DNA of 64,000 nt from positions 1,755 through 65,754 of IMG/VR virus record IMGVR_UViG_3300032285_003158. One strand, 5' to 3'. Below, piece by piece: positions 53,516 to 64,000 of the stretch. The number at the start of each line of letters is the position of its first letter. Positions within the stretch are counted from its first letter, which is position 1. A program made the position numbers and the translations under genes. The notes under the pieces are model-generated. The model searched no databases. It was not told where the DNA came from and saw only the letters and a program-made list of their open reading frames with translations. The DNA comes from a virus. Taxonomy: Duplodnaviria > Caudoviricetes.

Positions 53516-54289
53516 TTAGTTCATGAAAAATTCAACCGGTGCACCATAATTGGTTTCCATTTCTTTCTCAAGGCGCTCAATCTCATCAGCAGCCTCTTGA
53601 TAAATCTTATCACCATTTAGAGCAACACCGCCAGGCAATGAAAGTCCTGAGAATTTCTTTAGATTATTACCCCATGAACGCTTGATAAGTGCTGTTGCAT
53701 ACTCTTTGAGCCAACGATCATTCCATACATTATGGTAAACATCAGGATTGATTGCAGCATAGGATTCAGCAACAACAATTGTACCTAATGGTGATTGATT
53801 GCTACCCCAACCCCAATCGATGTATAGTCTTTGCATATGTCTCTGGAAGCGAATAGGAACCGATCCAGTGAACATAAGTTCAAGTGAACGTAGGTGTTGT
53901 TGTGTTAGTGTATAATTTACGTAGGACGCAGAGGTAAAGTCATACAATTCATTCAGACGGAGTTGGTATCTCAAGTCGAACATATTGATTGTTGCTTGCG
54001 AATCTGTAATAGGAAAGATTCTAGAGATGCCAACAATTTCCATTGGATTGCCATCCTGATCCAAAGTATTACTCAGATCAATATATCGGTTATCAATATC
54101 AGTTTGTTGTAATGCTTTAATGTAATAGATTTTTTGCAGGCCATCAAAGTGATAGTCTTGCCAATATTGCAACGCATCATCAATACGATCTTGCACTTGG
54201 TCATCATCGACGTTAATGTCAATGACAGGAAAGCCCAATCTACGTAGACAGTAACTTGTGAAATCTGCTCTATTAGTAATCGTTGCCAT
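53516..54289 (-). CDS. gp13: neck protein gp13
   Basis: YCLRRLGFPVIDINV, WLKEYATALIKRSWG.NLKKF...LPGGV.LNG. Confidence 0.92.
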   Translation of the reverse strand: MATITNRADFTSYCLRRLGFPVIDINVDDDQVQDRIDDALQYWQDYHFDGLQKIYYIKALQQTDIDNRYIDLSNTLDQDGNPMEIVGISRIFPITDSQATINMFDLRYQLRLNELYDFTSASYVNYTLTQQHLRSLELMFTGSVPIRFQRHMQRLYIDWGWGSNQSPLGTIVVAESYAAINPDVYHNVWNDRWLKEYATALIKRSWGNNLKKFSGLSLPGGVALNGDKIYQEAADEIERLEKEMETNYGAPVEFFMN

Positions 54290-54327
54290 TTTAATCCATC
54301 TTTTATGTTGGTATTACTATTTATGTT

Positions 54328-56160
54328 TTACCTAAAGAACATTGGAGTCATTTCAGGACTACTTATGTTGTTTGCTGCTGTTACTGTATATGTTAGTATG
54401 ATTAGGCCGCCCGCACCTCGTTGAACCGATTCGCTTATGCCACCACCACCACCGCCTCCACCGTAGCCACCTCCAGGACCACCATTGCCACCTCCGGTTG
54501 GCGCACCAGCACCGCCACCGCCACCGCCAGGACCATAAGTGGCATTTTGTACCGAAGTTGTCCATGATGACACCGTATTTGATCCTCCAGTACCACCCAA
54601 CCAACGGCTTGGTGTAGCTGATGAAAATCCTCCACCACCACCACCACCATTGGTGCCATTACCCGGATTGGCACCTGATGTTCCTGCGGAACCGCCGCCG
54701 CTGCCAGCAGGACCTGCACCACCAGCACCAGCAACAGTTGCGCTCGCATTTCCGCCTACTGTACTAGAAGTTCCGCCAGCACCGCCACCGCCACCGGCGC
54801 GCCCAGAAGTGGCTGTTGCACTTGCATTACCTCCTGCTTTACCTGCTCCTCCTGGACCTGCTGCGCCACCACCACCACCACCGGCGTTAACTCCCGGAGT
54901 AGAAGCAAAAGCATTGTTACCCGCTGCACCCCCAAGGAACGTTGTGGAACCTATGTTATTGGCGCCGAGACTCAGAATACCCCCAGCAGCACCGGTTGCA
55001 CAAACTAATACGACACCACTATTTGTTTTAACGACAGTAGACCCTGGAGTGCTACTATTCTGACCGCCAGCAGAGTACGATTGTGATACGCCGACTTGAA
55101 TATTTAAAATATCATTGGGTGTTACTGCAACAGTATTTGAAGCATATGAACCGCCGGCGCCTGCAGTATTGGCTGGAGATACCGTAGAAAAACTATTGCC
55201 AGTTCCCCCCGCACCAACGCATTCAATCTTCAATGAAGTCACACCGGCAGGTACTTTCCAACCTGCTGGAGAATTATTTGTAATAGCCTCTACATAAGTT
55301 CCTGTTTGTGGTGATGTTGGAGTATATGTGATAACTATAAAACCAAAACCTGCTGTCATTCCAGTATTTACCGCATATGATCCGCCGACAAAATTGTTAG
55401 TGCTTGATGTAGTTGAATTAACGGATCCGCCGGGTCCACCACTTACTCCGTAAGATATTTTTGAATAACTGTCTGTCCAAAAATAAGACAAACTTCCATT
55501 ACCCGCGGTCCCCGGTGATGATGTGCTAGTAGCATATGATCCTCCGCCACCACTGCCGTTGGTGCCTGATGTGGCACTAATAGATGCCGTTTGTCCTATA
55601 CCACCCGAACCGAAAAAAGAATTTCCGCCAGCGCCACCTCTATAAGGAGAATTGCCGGCATCACTACCTACTGTACCTCCGTTAGCTCCGCCGCCGCCGC
55701 CGCCTCCGCCAAAAGTATTATCTCCAACAGCGGTTGCTGAACCTCCATTTGCGCCGTTGCCATTTGGTCCTGCTTGTCCTCCCGCGCCGCCATATATGTA
55801 GTAATACGAGCAACATCCTGGAGCATTAGCGAAAGTGGTCGGCGTCGGTGACAATCCTCCACTATACTTAATATCACCTATTCCGCTACTGGAACTTTGA
55901 GTGGCCGAAGCACCGTTGGCCGTATATGTTGGGGCAGAATTAGTGTCTTTATTAAACCAAGTGAGTGTAGTTTGAAGACCTATTTGTATATATACTTTTT
56001 GAAGTGGCGTTAAACTTACATTATTAGTTTTAGAATAACCCCCGCCATTACCAGAACCTGAAAAATCACAGCCTCCAACAACTTCAACTGTAGCTGATGT
56101 ACAATCTATCGGTACAGTCCAAGTGGTACCAGAAGTTAATACTATTGTGACTTTGCTCAT
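54328..56160 (-). CDS. glycine-rich tail fibre/decoration protein
   Basis: two WxVPxxxTS..(V/I)ExVG modules with GGGGG runs. Confidence 0.7.
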   Translation of the reverse strand: MSKVTIVLTSGTTWTVPIDCTSATVEVVGGCDFSGSGNGGGYSKTNNVSLTPLQKVYIQIGLQTTLTWFNKDTNSAPTYTANGASATQSSSSGIGDIKYSGGLSPTPTTFANAPGCCSYYYIYGGAGGQAGPNGNGANGGSATAVGDNTFGGGGGGGGANGGTVGSDAGNSPYRGGAGGNSFFGSGGIGQTASISATSGTNGSGGGGSYATSTSSPGTAGNGSLSYFWTDSYSKISYGVSGGPGGSVNSTTSSTNNFVGGSYAVNTGMTAGFGFIVITYTPTSPQTGTYVEAITNNSPAGWKVPAGVTSLKIECVGAGGTGNSFSTVSPANTAGAGGSYASNTVAVTPNDILNIQVGVSQSYSAGGQNSSTPGSTVVKTNSGVVLVCATGAAGGILSLGANNIGSTTFLGGAAGNNAFASTPGVNAGGGGGGAAGPGGAGKAGGNASATATSGRAGGGGGAGGTSSTVGGNASATVAGAGGAGPAGSGGGSAGTSGANPGNGTNGGGGGGGFSSATPSRWLGGTGGSNTVSSWTTSVQNATYGPGGGGGGAGAPTGGGNGGPGGGYGGGGGGGGISESVQRGAGGLIILTYTVTAANNISSPEMTPMFFR

Positions 56161-56348
56161 ATTTCCAAAGGTGTAACTTTTTGTCCTGATCTAGGCACAA
56201 ATTTTTCTCCGTTCCAAATATTATTTACTGGATCATTATCCGGAACCAATTCAAATCTGTGACCCTCTCGACACTCATCATTTAATTCGGCCATAATTAC
56301 GCCATATAATTCACCTGTTGTATTATTGATAACTGCTATTGCTGGCAT
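56157..56348 (-). CDS. small fibre-associated hypothetical protein
   Basis: WNGEKF C-terminal motif; coupled to the Gly-rich gene. Confidence 0.55.
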   Translation of the reverse strand: MPAIAVINNTTGELYGVIMAELNDECREGHRFELVPDNDPVNNIWNGEKFVPRSGQKVTPLEI

Positions 56349-56632
56349 TATAAATCCTCATTTGGAAAAACATTGATAAAAATACTATCCGGTTCTATCG
56401 CTTCAATACTGTGCCATTCATTGGCTTTTAGTTTAACCGGTGTGTGATATTTATCGATTTCTAGATATAAATTTTCTTTACGTATTGCACATTTACCTTG
56501 CACACAATATGTCAGATGTGCGATAGTATGTTCATGTTTTGGTAATCCTTCTCCGACAACTTTCGCATGATATACATGAGTTTTGGTATTTCCATAATCA
56601 AAACTGTAAGTTGGTATTAAATTAGTTATCAT
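56348..56632 (-). CDS. cupin-fold protein
   Basis: GLPKHEHTIAHLTYCVQG...EWHSIEA; start at MITNL. Confidence 0.7.
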   Translation of the reverse strand: MITNLIPTYSFDYGNTKTHVYHAKVVGEGLPKHEHTIAHLTYCVQGKCAIRKENLYLEIDKYHTPVKLKANEWHSIEAIEPDSIFINVFPNEDL

Positions 56633-59600
56633 TGTTGTGTTACTGCAATCACATCCCAAAACGAATCTTGAGAATTGTAGATACATCCGACGTAAGTAAC
56701 TTTACTGGCAACTGTAGTAGTTGGTAATGTTGTTCCCACTACTCGATATGAGTTGGCGCCAGAAATGTTCCAAGATAATGCTCTTGCAGTTCCGTTGTCT
56801 TTAATTCGTATCATTAATTTCTGTGCATCTACGGGTGTGCCAGTCGGAATTGAAACGGATGCGGCTACTGCCAATGCTGTGATGTTATATTGATCTGTAC
56901 TTGTGCTGACAGGAATAATTGGATTAGCACTAGCAATACTTGTAACTCTAGGCGCATAAGAGGCAGCACTTGTCTGAGTGGTACCATCAGAGAATACAAT
57001 ACCATAACCAGTTATGACCGCATTAGCAACATATAATGAATTATTTGATGCGAAGAATTTAATAGTACTGGTGTTTGATAAGTAACCTGTGGTGTTGGCA
57101 AAGATAATTGAGTTTGCTAAGTAACCGGATGAACTACCATTAGCTTTATCAAATGCACCTTGAGCTAGTATGTTAGCTGAATTAGATTTATCAAATGCAC
57201 CTTGAGCTAATGTATTTGCTGCTAATATTAATGTATTCTGTGCATTATCAACACCAAGAATATAAGCAATATTAGCATTAGCAGTATTAAGACCACCTTG
57301 TAACTGAATCGTATTTGATGAGGCGTTATTGGCAGTAGTAAATGCTGCTTGAGAATATGCATTAGATGCGGCAGCAGTAATTTGTAATGTTCCATCAACA
57401 AATGTAATACCATTATTAGCACCTGTTATTGTATTAGCACCGGTAAACAATAAACCAGATGTTAAGTTTACGGCACCGTTACCTTTCGGTGTCATTGTAA
57501 TGTTGATATCAGTATTAGCACCTTGTGCTGACAGTATTGGATTATTACCTAAAATTGCACCAATAACTTGTAAAAAATTGACGGATGACGCCAGCGATGC
57601 GATACGAAATTGAGTTACACCGGAAGTACCACCTGAGCCTGTTATAGCATTTGCAGGACTTGCAGTCGAGTTAATAAGCAAACCACCAGCACCGCCGCTG
57701 CTATAAATTGCAAAAGGGGCTGTCGAACTATCAAAAAATAATCTTGCGCTATTAGTTACTGTAGTAGTATCGCGGCTAAGAACTAATCCCGCTGGAACAC
57801 CAGGTGGACCACTCACTTGGATCGAACCACTACCTTTTGGTGACAATATTATGTTGATATCAGTATTTGATCCTATTGCCGATAATATTGGACTATTATT
57901 ACCTGAAGTTGCACCAGAAACTTGTAAATAATTGACAGCACTTGTCACAGAGTTTATATTAAATTGCTTGCTGCCATCAGAAGTTGTTGTTGCACCGGTG
58001 TAAAATCCTATATCATTACCTGCCGAAGATCCCAAAAAGAGAGCTTTACTGCTACGCAAAGCCACTCTACCGCTGGCCACGGATGCACCAACTAAGGTTA
58101 ATGATGAAGTGCCAGCACCTATAGTGGTATCTTCTCTAATTTGAAACAAAGTACTATTCGCACTTGCGGTCGTCGATTGCACCTGCAAGTTAATTATTCC
58201 GTTACCCTTGCTTCTCATTAATATAGAAACGTTGGCATCAGAACCTTGTGCAATAATACTGGGACTATTTCCAGAACTGGCTCCAGTTATTTGCAAATAA
58301 TTGGATGCAGGGTTTGTACCCGCAACATAGAACTGTGTGTATCCATTTGCAGTTATTGCAATATCTCCTAATGCTGGACTATACAATCCAGTATTTGCAT
58401 AACCAATTGATAGTGTTGGATTTGAATTTGAACCTGTATTAGGAAGGTATAAACTCGATACAGGATTAACAGTAATTAATGATCCGGTATTAGGTAATAA
58501 TGTATTCGCATAATTGTAAGAATTTTGTGCCAATACATTAGCTGAATTAGCTTTATCAAATGCACCTTGAGCTAATGTATTTGCTGCCGTTATTAAGGTG
58601 TTTTGTGCTAGGTTCACACCAAATATATAAGAAATATTGGCATTAGCGGTATTAAGACCATCTTGTAACAATGAAATATTGGTATTCTGACTATCTTCAA
58701 GTCCTTGTAATCCAATTACTTGCGAAATAGGAATAGAGATTGCTGTATTAGATACAGAAGAAACTCTACCATACGTGTCTGTAGTTAATACTGGAATATA
58801 TGCAGAGTTACCATAAGTTCCAGCAGTTCCTGTGGTCGCAAGTGAGAACTGAGTTCCTGTTAATGTTATTGGAGCAGCGGCACTATAAGTTCCAGGTCCA
58901 GCAATCTGCACAAAAGTGATTGGAGAAGTTCCAATTACTATTGTTCCAGTCGAGGTTTGAATCCATGAAGTATTACCATTTATTGCTCCACCACTAACAA
59001 ATACATAATCACCTGCAGAAACTTCATTTAGAATACTTTGATCATAATCAGATGCTCTTGTCAGTATCCAATTTGTGGATATTGATCCATTTGAAGTGAC
59101 AACATAAACACCATTTTGATTTGCTAGAGTTTGATTCTTGACCAAAACTCTATCATTTGGTAGAGTTGTGTAACTGTCAATAACTAATGCAGTCTGTGTT
59201 CCAGAATTTGTTAAGTTTGCACCAATACCAGAAGATCCATTATTATATGTTGCAGTTAATGGACCTGTTGTCGATATTTGAGCTGCAAGGTGATAGTTTG
59301 TATTCGATATTGCAGCATCAACATATTGTTTTGTGGCCAATTGCAACGCAGATGTAGCATCTTGAGTTACAGTAATCGAAGTTAAACCGCCTAATGTTAG
59401 TGTTGTGCCAGCGGGATTAATTGTAGTTGTACCAATAGTAACACCGGAGATTGCTGTATTAACAATTGATGTTACTCTACCGTTAGCGGCAATAGTTGTA
59501 ACGGGAACATAAGTTGAATTACCATATACTCCAGGAGTTGTGGAAATTGAGGTAATATCTAAGTTTGCTTGATTGTATGCATTTTGTGCTAGTACGTTAG

Positions 59601-60261
59601 ATGAATTAGCTTTATCAAATGCACCTTGAGCTAATGTATTTGCTGCTGATATTAAGGTGTTTTGTGCTAGGTCCACACCAAGTATATAAGCAATATTGGC
59701 ATTGGCAGTATTTAATCCACCTTGAAGTAAACTTATACTAGTATTCTGTGCTAGGTCCACACCAAGAATATATGCTATATTGGCATTGGCAGTATTTAAT
59801 CCACCTTGAAGTAAACTTATATTAGCATTGGCAGTATTAAGACCACCTTGTAACTGAATAGTATTTGATGAGGCAGTATTTGCAGAAGTAAATGCCGCTT
59901 GAGCTAGTACGTTAGCTGAATTAGCTTCATCAAATGCAGATTGTGCTAAAGTGCCTGATGCTGCTGCGGTTTGTATTGATCCATCCGGAAATACAATACC
60001 ATAACCGGTTATGACCGCATTAGCAACATACAACGAGTTATTCGAAGAGAAGAATTTTATGGTGTTAGTATTTGATAAGTAACCCGTAGTGTTAGCAAAA
60101 ATAACAGAATTGTTTAGATAACCGGAAGCAGAAATGCCACCTCCACTACCACTAGTATTAGATGCGCCAACAAATTGAGAGGTTGACTGTACTACAGTTT
60201 GATTACCAGGATTTACTCTTACACTAATTGTTTGTATTGGATTAACTGTAACATTTGGCAT
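56629..60261 (-). CDS. long tail fibre protein with internal repeats
   Basis: 1210 aa; repeated LQGGLNTANANI..ILGVD.AQNT and AQGAFDKAN; DRVLVKNQT..QNGVYV..WILTRA; C-terminal WDVIAV domain. Confidence 0.75.
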   Translation of the reverse strand: MPNVTVNPIQTISVRVNPGNQTVVQSTSQFVGASNTSGSGGGISASGYLNNSVIFANTTGYLSNTNTIKFFSSNNSLYVANAVITGYGIVFPDGSIQTAAASGTLAQSAFDEANSANVLAQAAFTSANTASSNTIQLQGGLNTANANISLLQGGLNTANANIAYILGVDLAQNTSISLLQGGLNTANANIAYILGVDLAQNTLISAANTLAQGAFDKANSSNVLAQNAYNQANLDITSISTTPGVYGNSTYVPVTTIAANGRVTSIVNTAISGVTIGTTTINPAGTTLTLGGLTSITVTQDATSALQLATKQYVDAAISNTNYHLAAQISTTGPLTATYNNGSSGIGANLTNSGTQTALVIDSYTTLPNDRVLVKNQTLANQNGVYVVTSNGSISTNWILTRASDYDQSILNEVSAGDYVFVSGGAINGNTSWIQTSTGTIVIGTSPITFVQIAGPGTYSAAAPITLTGTQFSLATTGTAGTYGNSAYIPVLTTDTYGRVSSVSNTAISIPISQVIGLQGLEDSQNTNISLLQDGLNTANANISYIFGVNLAQNTLITAANTLAQGAFDKANSANVLAQNSYNYANTLLPNTGSLITVNPVSSLYLPNTGSNSNPTLSIGYANTGLYSPALGDIAITANGYTQFYVAGTNPASNYLQITGASSGNSPSIIAQGSDANVSILMRSKGNGIINLQVQSTTASANSTLFQIREDTTIGAGTSSLTLVGASVASGRVALRSSKALFLGSSAGNDIGFYTGATTTSDGSKQFNINSVTSAVNYLQVSGATSGNNSPILSAIGSNTDINIILSPKGSGSIQVSGPPGVPAGLVLSRDTTTVTNSARLFFDSSTAPFAIYSSGGAGGLLINSTASPANAITGSGGTSGVTQFRIASLASSVNFLQVIGAILGNNPILSAQGANTDINITMTPKGNGAVNLTSGLLFTGANTITGANNGITFVDGTLQITAAASNAYSQAAFTTANNASSNTIQLQGGLNTANANIAYILGVDNAQNTLILAANTLAQGAFDKSNSANILAQGAFDKANGSSSGYLANSIIFANTTGYLSNTSTIKFFASNNSLYVANAVITGYGIVFSDGTTQTSAASYAPRVTSIASANPIIPVSTSTDQYNITALAVAASVSIPTGTPVDAQKLMIRIKDNGTARALSWNISGANSYRVVGTTLPTTTVASKVTYVGCIYNSQDSFWDVIAVTQQ

Positions 60262-60270
60262 GTTGAGCCC

Positions 60271-60612
60271 TTATCGTGTTACTGATGGAGAAACAAATAT
60301 TTGTCCTTCAAGAACACGCGTTACTGTCTCACTATTGCTGTCAGTAAGTAGAACATCATATACTAATTTACCCGCAGGCACATTTGCGGTGACACTTGGT
60401 GTTGCAGATAATTGAATTACTCCATTAGCAGCATCAGTAATCGTGGACGTAAATGTCAGAGTAGCGTTACTTGAATAATATGAACGCCTAGCTTGACTTC
60501 TTACTGTAAAATAATTAAGGTTATAAGGTTCACCATTATTTCCATCAAGCGTAACCGATGTTACAAAAGTTGTTCCTTGTTCTAGGTATAAGTCAGAATA
60601 GGCAGCTGGCAT
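60271..60612 (-). CDS. BppU-like baseplate/fibre adaptor
   Basis: LEQGTTF...SQARRSYYS...YDVLL...TRVLEGQIFVSPSVT. Confidence 0.6.
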   Translation of the reverse strand: MPAAYSDLYLEQGTTFVTSVTLDGNNGEPYNLNYFTVRSQARRSYYSSNATLTFTSTITDAANGVIQLSATPSVTANVPAGKLVYDVLLTDSNSETVTRVLEGQIFVSPSVTR

Positions 60613-60667
60613 CTTTTAATTCTCCATATGAATGGATTATTTAGTTAACTACCATCCACATTAAATA

Positions 60668-61054
60668 TTAATGTATCGGAAATCTATACACCGATCCATC
60701 TAAAGATTTTATTTCTTCATAAGCAATAATTAAAGACTGTTGAACGTCAGGATTATCTAAAATTATTTGTTCTTTAATTGCCGATATATCAGATTCATTC
60801 GGTGTAGATTTGAAATGTTTTTCTATTGGATCATATACCAAATATTGAATATATTCATAGTATTTTGATACTTTTAATGCAGTTTGATTAGAAAATAATG
60901 ATCTAACCCAATTTGCATAACCTGGCATATTATTTTCTTGCATAATCTTTTCAACCGTATTGAGATCGAGATTTATGCAATTATATGTTTCGGCTGTTTG
61001 TTGTCCATGCTCACATACATCGACTGCTGTAAGTAATTCTTGAGTGAGTATCAT
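60668..61054 (-). CDS. hypothetical protein
   Basis: 128-aa ORF in the late operon. Confidence 0.55.
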   Translation of the reverse strand: MILTQELLTAVDVCEHGQQTAETYNCINLDLNTVEKIMQENNMPGYANWVRSLFSNQTALKVSKYYEYIQYLVYDPIEKHFKSTPNESDISAIKEQIILDNPDVQQSLIIAYEEIKSLDGSVYRFPIH

Positions 61055-61368
61055 GATATACGTATAACTGGAATAACAGGAACAATTAAATTATCTAGTT
61101 GAATAGAATTTTCATCTTCTATAGATTGTGCTCCAGCAGCACTCAAAATATCCAAAACTAGTTTCAATGCATCATCACTAGAAAGATTTAATGCATCTTG
61201 AACATTCATATCAATTGATGTGATGCCATTATGTATTGAAGTATATACATAATTTTCAGTATTCCTGGTAGTTAACTTCCAATGAATATTACAAACGGGA
61301 ACTGCACCCTCTGTATATTGTTTTATACATTCTAAATGGTCGACAGACCAACTATGTTGTTTACTCAT
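61051..61368 (-). CDS. hypothetical fibre-associated protein
   Basis: W.VDHLEC...VCNIHW pattern; aaggaa RBS. Confidence 0.55.
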   Translation of the reverse strand: MSKQHSWSVDHLECIKQYTEGAVPVCNIHWKLTTRNTENYVYTSIHNGITSIDMNVQDALNLSSDDALKLVLDILSAAGAQSIEDENSIQLDNLIVPVIPVIRIS

Positions 61369-61377
61369 TATTATTCC

Positions 61378-62994
61378 TTAATAATAAATTACTACTTGTC
61401 CGCCTTGACCCGAACCGCCATAACTTGCTACCCAACTAGTGCCCGTATTGTATCCGGATTGACTGTATAAAATTGCACTGTTTGCGCCAGAAGTTAATGG
61501 ATAATTTGATCCACCTGCACCACCATACTCGGTAAATGCGGTGGTGTTGTTAGCGCCGCCACCACCAAAATATCCACCGCCTCCACCTCCCGCAGAACCA
61601 GTTTTACCGTATATAGCTCCGTCGCCTCCAATCAATGATGCACCACGCGCATTACCTCCTGCAATTTGCGTACCCGGAGTTGCTCCACCGACGGCAACAT
61701 TATCAGAAAGTGCGCCACCCGCAGCACCACCGGTTCCTGTTGTGGTACCCCCCCCACCACCACCACCAGCAATTAATAATGCAGTTGTACTACGAAATAA
61801 TCCAGAATATCCTCCACCCGAATGTGCGGCATATGATGTTGCCGATCTATAACCTCTACCGCCTCCATTAATACCAGCAGATGTATATCCTGTTACTCCG
61901 CTACCTGCAGGCATTGTATTGCCAGTACCCCCGACACGAACGGTTAATGTTTCTGCAGGCGTGACAGTTATTAAACCTTCGATATAACCTCCGGCTGCCC
62001 CAACATTACCACCAGCACCAACCATCGTCACATATATTTGATAAATTCCTGCGGGTACAGTAAATGTTCCCGATGAAGTTGGTGTTGAAAATGTTTGTGA
62101 TGTGGTATAACTGAACCCATTTTTAAACGTTATTCTAGCATAACCTGAGCCACCATTACCGCCGTTATTAGACCAAGTGCCTGTACTGCCGCCTCCTCCT
62201 TGTCCACCAGAACCGTGTATGGCCGATATGGAACCTGTTTGACCAGCATCTAAACCTCCATATGCAAGAAACGTGTCTCCGCCTCGACCTCCGTAGCAAG
62301 CACCACCACTCGAACCTGCACCCGCTATACCTGGCTGACTTGGCGCCCCGCCACCATATGAAGTGGTTGAAGTTCCGCCCGCACCTACAGCACTAGGTGT
62401 GCCTTTTCCACCGCCACCGCCACCTTCACCTAGTAACGTTAGTGTCCCATTCAGGGTTAATGTAGTATTGGCACCTTTAGTGCCAACTGTAACGGAACCG
62501 GAAGTAGTCGATGATGTTCCTCCAGTGCCACCCGCACCAACAACAACAGTAAAAGTCATAGCATTAGAACTATCACTTATAGAAGAATTCATGAAGCAGC
62601 CGCCGCCACCACCACCGCCGGAACGTCCAGCTGAAGCGTCGGCGTTGTAGGCGCCACCACCGCCACCACCACCGCCAACAACAATGCCGCTACATTGATA
62701 ATTTCGAATAGTTCCGGTATAGTTTGGTATTGTTACTGTATATGTTCCGGGTGTTGTGTACTCATACGTCACACCGCCAAGCCATTTTGCGTTGTAAAAA
62801 TTACTTAATGAAATTTGTCCACTGGAAGGTATTGCGGTATAAGTTCCGCCAGGAAATGCAATTGAACCAGCAGTAACAAAAGATCCACCAGCATAATATT
62901 CATTCAATCCTGTTGGATTTGTTCCAGGTGATACTCCTTCCAAATAGTTTTGGAGATCACCTAGACTTATTGCACCTGATGTTGGTAATGCCAT
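61378..62994 (-). CDS. glycine-rich tail fibre/adhesin-like protein
   Basis: MALPTSGAISLGDL...IPSSGQISLSNFY N-terminus then Gly-rich modules. Confidence 0.7.
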   Translation of the reverse strand: MALPTSGAISLGDLQNYLEGVSPGTNPTGLNEYYAGGSFVTAGSIAFPGGTYTAIPSSGQISLSNFYNAKWLGGVTYEYTTPGTYTVTIPNYTGTIRNYQCSGIVVGGGGGGGGAYNADASAGRSGGGGGGGCFMNSSISDSSNAMTFTVVVGAGGTGGTSSTTSGSVTVGTKGANTTLTLNGTLTLLGEGGGGGGKGTPSAVGAGGTSTTSYGGGAPSQPGIAGAGSSGGACYGGRGGDTFLAYGGLDAGQTGSISAIHGSGGQGGGGSTGTWSNNGGNGGSGYARITFKNGFSYTTSQTFSTPTSSGTFTVPAGIYQIYVTMVGAGGNVGAAGGYIEGLITVTPAETLTVRVGGTGNTMPAGSGVTGYTSAGINGGGRGYRSATSYAAHSGGGYSGLFRSTTALLIAGGGGGGGTTTGTGGAAGGALSDNVAVGGATPGTQIAGGNARGASLIGGDGAIYGKTGSAGGGGGGYFGGGGANNTTAFTEYGGAGGSNYPLTSGANSAILYSQSGYNTGTSWVASYGGSGQGGQVVIYY

Positions 62995-63004
62995 ATCTTT
63001 AAAC

Positions 63005-64000
63005 TCAATCGATTAATTTATCAACAATAGATTCTAATCTTTCAATTCTAGAACCTTGCTTAGTTATGATGACTTGTTGTTCCTTGATTGCTTCAATCAA
63101 CAGAGGAATCAATTTCTCATACCGAACAGTTAGATACCTATCATCAATGGGAGCAGGTACAACAATTTCGGGTAATACTGCTTGAACTTCTTGTGCAGAA
63201 ACGCCAACTTCATTTTGAACAGCATAACCTAGTGCTTGAGCAGTTTCATTTGCATGGTAATAGAAACCATTTAACGATAACACTTTAGTTAGTGCATTGT
63301 CGATAGCACCAAGTCTAGTCTTCAATCTATCATCGGAGTAATATGCAGTAATATTATTTGCTGCACGTATTTCACCGGCAACACCTGAAGCTGACGTACC
63401 AACACCAATCGAATTAAATTGCGAATTTTGTTTTGTGCTGGTAAATGTGTTGGACGAACCAGTTACATTGCCCGAAATGGCATTAGTGACAGTCAAATTG
63501 GTTAATGTTCCAACAGCAGATAAGTTTGGTGCCGAGGTAATATATGATTGTGATGCGCCAGTTGCATAGGTTGCAGCGTTCGCCGAACCTGTAGTATTCT
63601 GATTAAATGTTGGCCATGTAAATGTACCTGTACTGAAATTTCCACTAACCGGTGCACCTAACGTTGGAGTAGTTAATATTGGACTTGTATTCAATACATT
63701 ATAACCACTGCCAGTTGACACTGTAACACCAGTACCACCATTCGCAACAGGTAAAGTTCCTGTAACACCAGTAGTTAATGGAAGTCCAGTGCCGTTGGTT
63801 AATATAATTACTGGATTTGTATTCAATACAACAGAACCAGTACCTGTACTTGAAGTAACACCCGTACCACCATTGGCAACAGGTAGAGTTCCAGTGACGC
63901 CAGTGGTTAATGGAAGTCCAGTAGCATTAGTCAACGTTATAGATTGTGGTGTTCCTAATATTGGAGTAGTTAGTATTGGACTTGTATTCAATACGTTATA
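63005..64000 (-). CDS. tail fibre with C-terminal intramolecular chaperone (peptidase S74), 5'-truncated by the window edge
   Basis: [42 protein letters not shown]; [20 protein letters not shown] repeats. Confidence 0.85.
   Translation of the reverse strand, partial: YNVLNTSPILTTPILGTPQSITLTNATGLPLTTGVTGTLPVANGGTGVTSSTGTGSVVLNTNPVIILTNGTGLPLTTGVTGTLPVANGGTGVTVSTGSGYNVLNTSPILTTPTLGAPVSGNFSTGTFTWPTFNQNTTGSANAATYATGASQSYITSAPNLSAVGTLTNLTVTNAISGNVTGSSNTFTSTKQNSQFNSIGVGTSASGVAGEIRAANNITAYYSDDRLKTRLGAIDNALTKVLSLNGFYYHANETAQALGYAVQNEVGVSAQEVQAVLPEIVVPAPIDDRYLTVRYEKLIPLLIEAIKEQQVIITKQGSRIERLESIVDKLID

Noticed and set aside
56629-60261. Many N-x-S/T sequons suggesting virion N-glycosylation
   Set aside because: The protein is very rich in N, S and T, so the count looks compatible with composition; no statistical test could be run.
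56629-64000. Repeats in fibre genes as DGR template/variable repeats
   Set aside because: Repeats are in-frame structural units without evident adenine-specific variation, and no reverse transcriptase is present in the window.
1-64000. Alternative genetic code or stop-codon reassignment
   Set aside because: Core genes are full length in the standard code; the gp17 break is explained by the split intein.

Overview
This window is a 64-kb segment of a large T4-like myovirus genome with a probable proteobacterial host. From about 1 to 34.8 kb the genes are mostly on the + strand and are early/middle or accessory genes. They include a VWA protein and a CobS/MoxR AAA ATPase, MazG-like, GP88-like, ArdA-like and Mom-like proteins, PhoH, a PD-(D/E)XK nuclease, a permuted two-piece tmRNA, a PlcP-like phosphoesterase plus GT4 glycosyltransferase pair, an SleB-like hydrolase, gp33, gp59 and gp32. 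From 34.8 to 64 kb the minus strand carries the late morphogenesis block (gp26/gp51-like, gp54-like, gp2, gp23, gp22, gp21, gp20, gp19, gp18, gp17 split by an atypical split intein, gp16, gp15, gp14, gp13, fibre genes), with T4-type TATAAATA late promoters. The most unusual part is 3.7-16 kb, a GC-elevated island of short genes on both strands driven by about 15 copies of one sigma70-type promoter, in leadered and leaderless versions. It contains a truncated H-NS-like protein, small proteins ending in the SSB C-terminal motif (DIPF/DVPF), ORF-less G-rich transcripts and a helically phased DnaA-box array beside a Fur-like box; together these look like a host-takeover or origin island. Other highlights are a candidate phage-encoded phospholipid-to-glycolipid remodelling module, a candidate -1 frameshift fusing the gp26- and gp51-like ORFs, and a covarying RNA hairpin shared by two homing-endonuclease-like leaders. 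All family calls are by motif recognition only; no database search was run.
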